DNA of 64,000 nucleotides, from assembly GCA_030248215.1 (NCBI GenBank), contig JASANG010003582.1, positions 434,001-498,000 of the forward strand, in the 5' to 3' direction. Made by a program: the position numbers and the translations under genes. Numbering within the stretch: the first letter of the stretch is position 1; every line of letters begins with the position of its first letter. This document shows positions 63,301-64,000 of the stretch, in pieces. Source of the DNA: Enoplolaimus lenunculus (Eukaryota). The notes under the pieces were generated by a model that was not told the DNA's origin, did no database searches, and worked only from the letters and a program-made list of their open reading frames with translations.

Positions 63301-63820
63301 GTGTGTAGCCATGCTGTCAGCAGAAATTTCCGTTAAAATTTTCGTTTTTAACCACTTAATTGCGATTGATATATTACTAAATAGAGTAAAAGCGATGAAG
63401 TACACAAAGCGGTACTCAGTGTTATTTTAGGCCCGCAGCCAGATCAACATGCTTGAGGGGATACTAATTTCAGAGTGGTGTCTATTGAGTTCAAGAGACT
63501 TACAAGTAAGGGTGATTTTTTTCTTGATGCCGAATTTTTTCTACGGATTACGAATTACAAGTAGATAAATAGCCAAATTCTGTTCAAAGGAGTATTTGAC
63601 CGGCACATACTGGTAGAAATCTCGAGTGGAAAAAATTTGAAATTTCACACTTTTACGTTATTGAAAAACGCAAACTGACAGACGGAAACTGATTAAAGAA
63701 AACTGCCACAAGTCCATTTTCAAAAAGACTCAGAACTGTGCCACTATCAATTTTAGACATATTTTTAATAGAAACGGTAGTAATTAGTCGATTTTTGAAT
63801 GCGGACAAATTCTTATTTCT

Positions 63821-64000
63821 GGGCCCATATTCTCAAACGCGTATAGAACCTATCATCAGTTAGCGATAGGTATTCAAACTGACGAACATCAGAAAATTGC
63901 AGGTCTCAAAATTGGAAGAAAAGCAGGGCAAATCAAACGCGAACATTGTAGTGAACGATGCGCTGATTTCAAAGTTACAGAATATATCACCAACTGGTGA
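63821..64000. mobile_element. MITE family H copy, truncated by window end
   Basis: GGGCCCATATTCTCAAA start and TATCACCAACTGGTG interior shared with 22207-22428. Confidence 0.6.

Overview
AT-rich eukaryotic DNA, most likely from a nematode. This is inferred from abundant TTAGGC telomere-type hexamers, TTTCAG splice acceptors and a VAB-10-like ISPLWMRGE plakin motif. One multi-exon protein-coding gene can be assembled by hand on the + strand from 3068 to 21696: 15 phase-compatible GT-AG exons, about 1449 aa. It encodes an unusually compact plakin: a low-complexity N-terminus, spectrin repeats resembling SR2-SR5 with the embedded SH3, then a short acidic linker and plectin-repeat-like domains. 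No CH/actin-binding domain, SR6-9 or coiled-coil rod is visible. The introns and the roughly 42 kb after the gene contain no further recognisable gene. They are packed with short non-autonomous DNA elements: hAT-like MITEs with 8-bp TSDs, GG-terminal 8-bp-TSD (Merlin-like) MITEs carrying telomeric repeats, piggyBac-like TTAA MITEs carrying a tRNA-like A/B-box module, Tc1/mariner-like and Harbinger-like MITEs, and a DINE/HINE-like element. There are also three intronic minisatellites. The most notable points are the mini-plakin architecture, a MITE whose TSD duplicated a splice donor, a candidate 15-nt microexon, and splice-site-like motifs in all three minisatellites. No prokaryotic system, CRISPR array, rRNA or intact tRNA was found. 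All family assignments are by eye; no searches were run.
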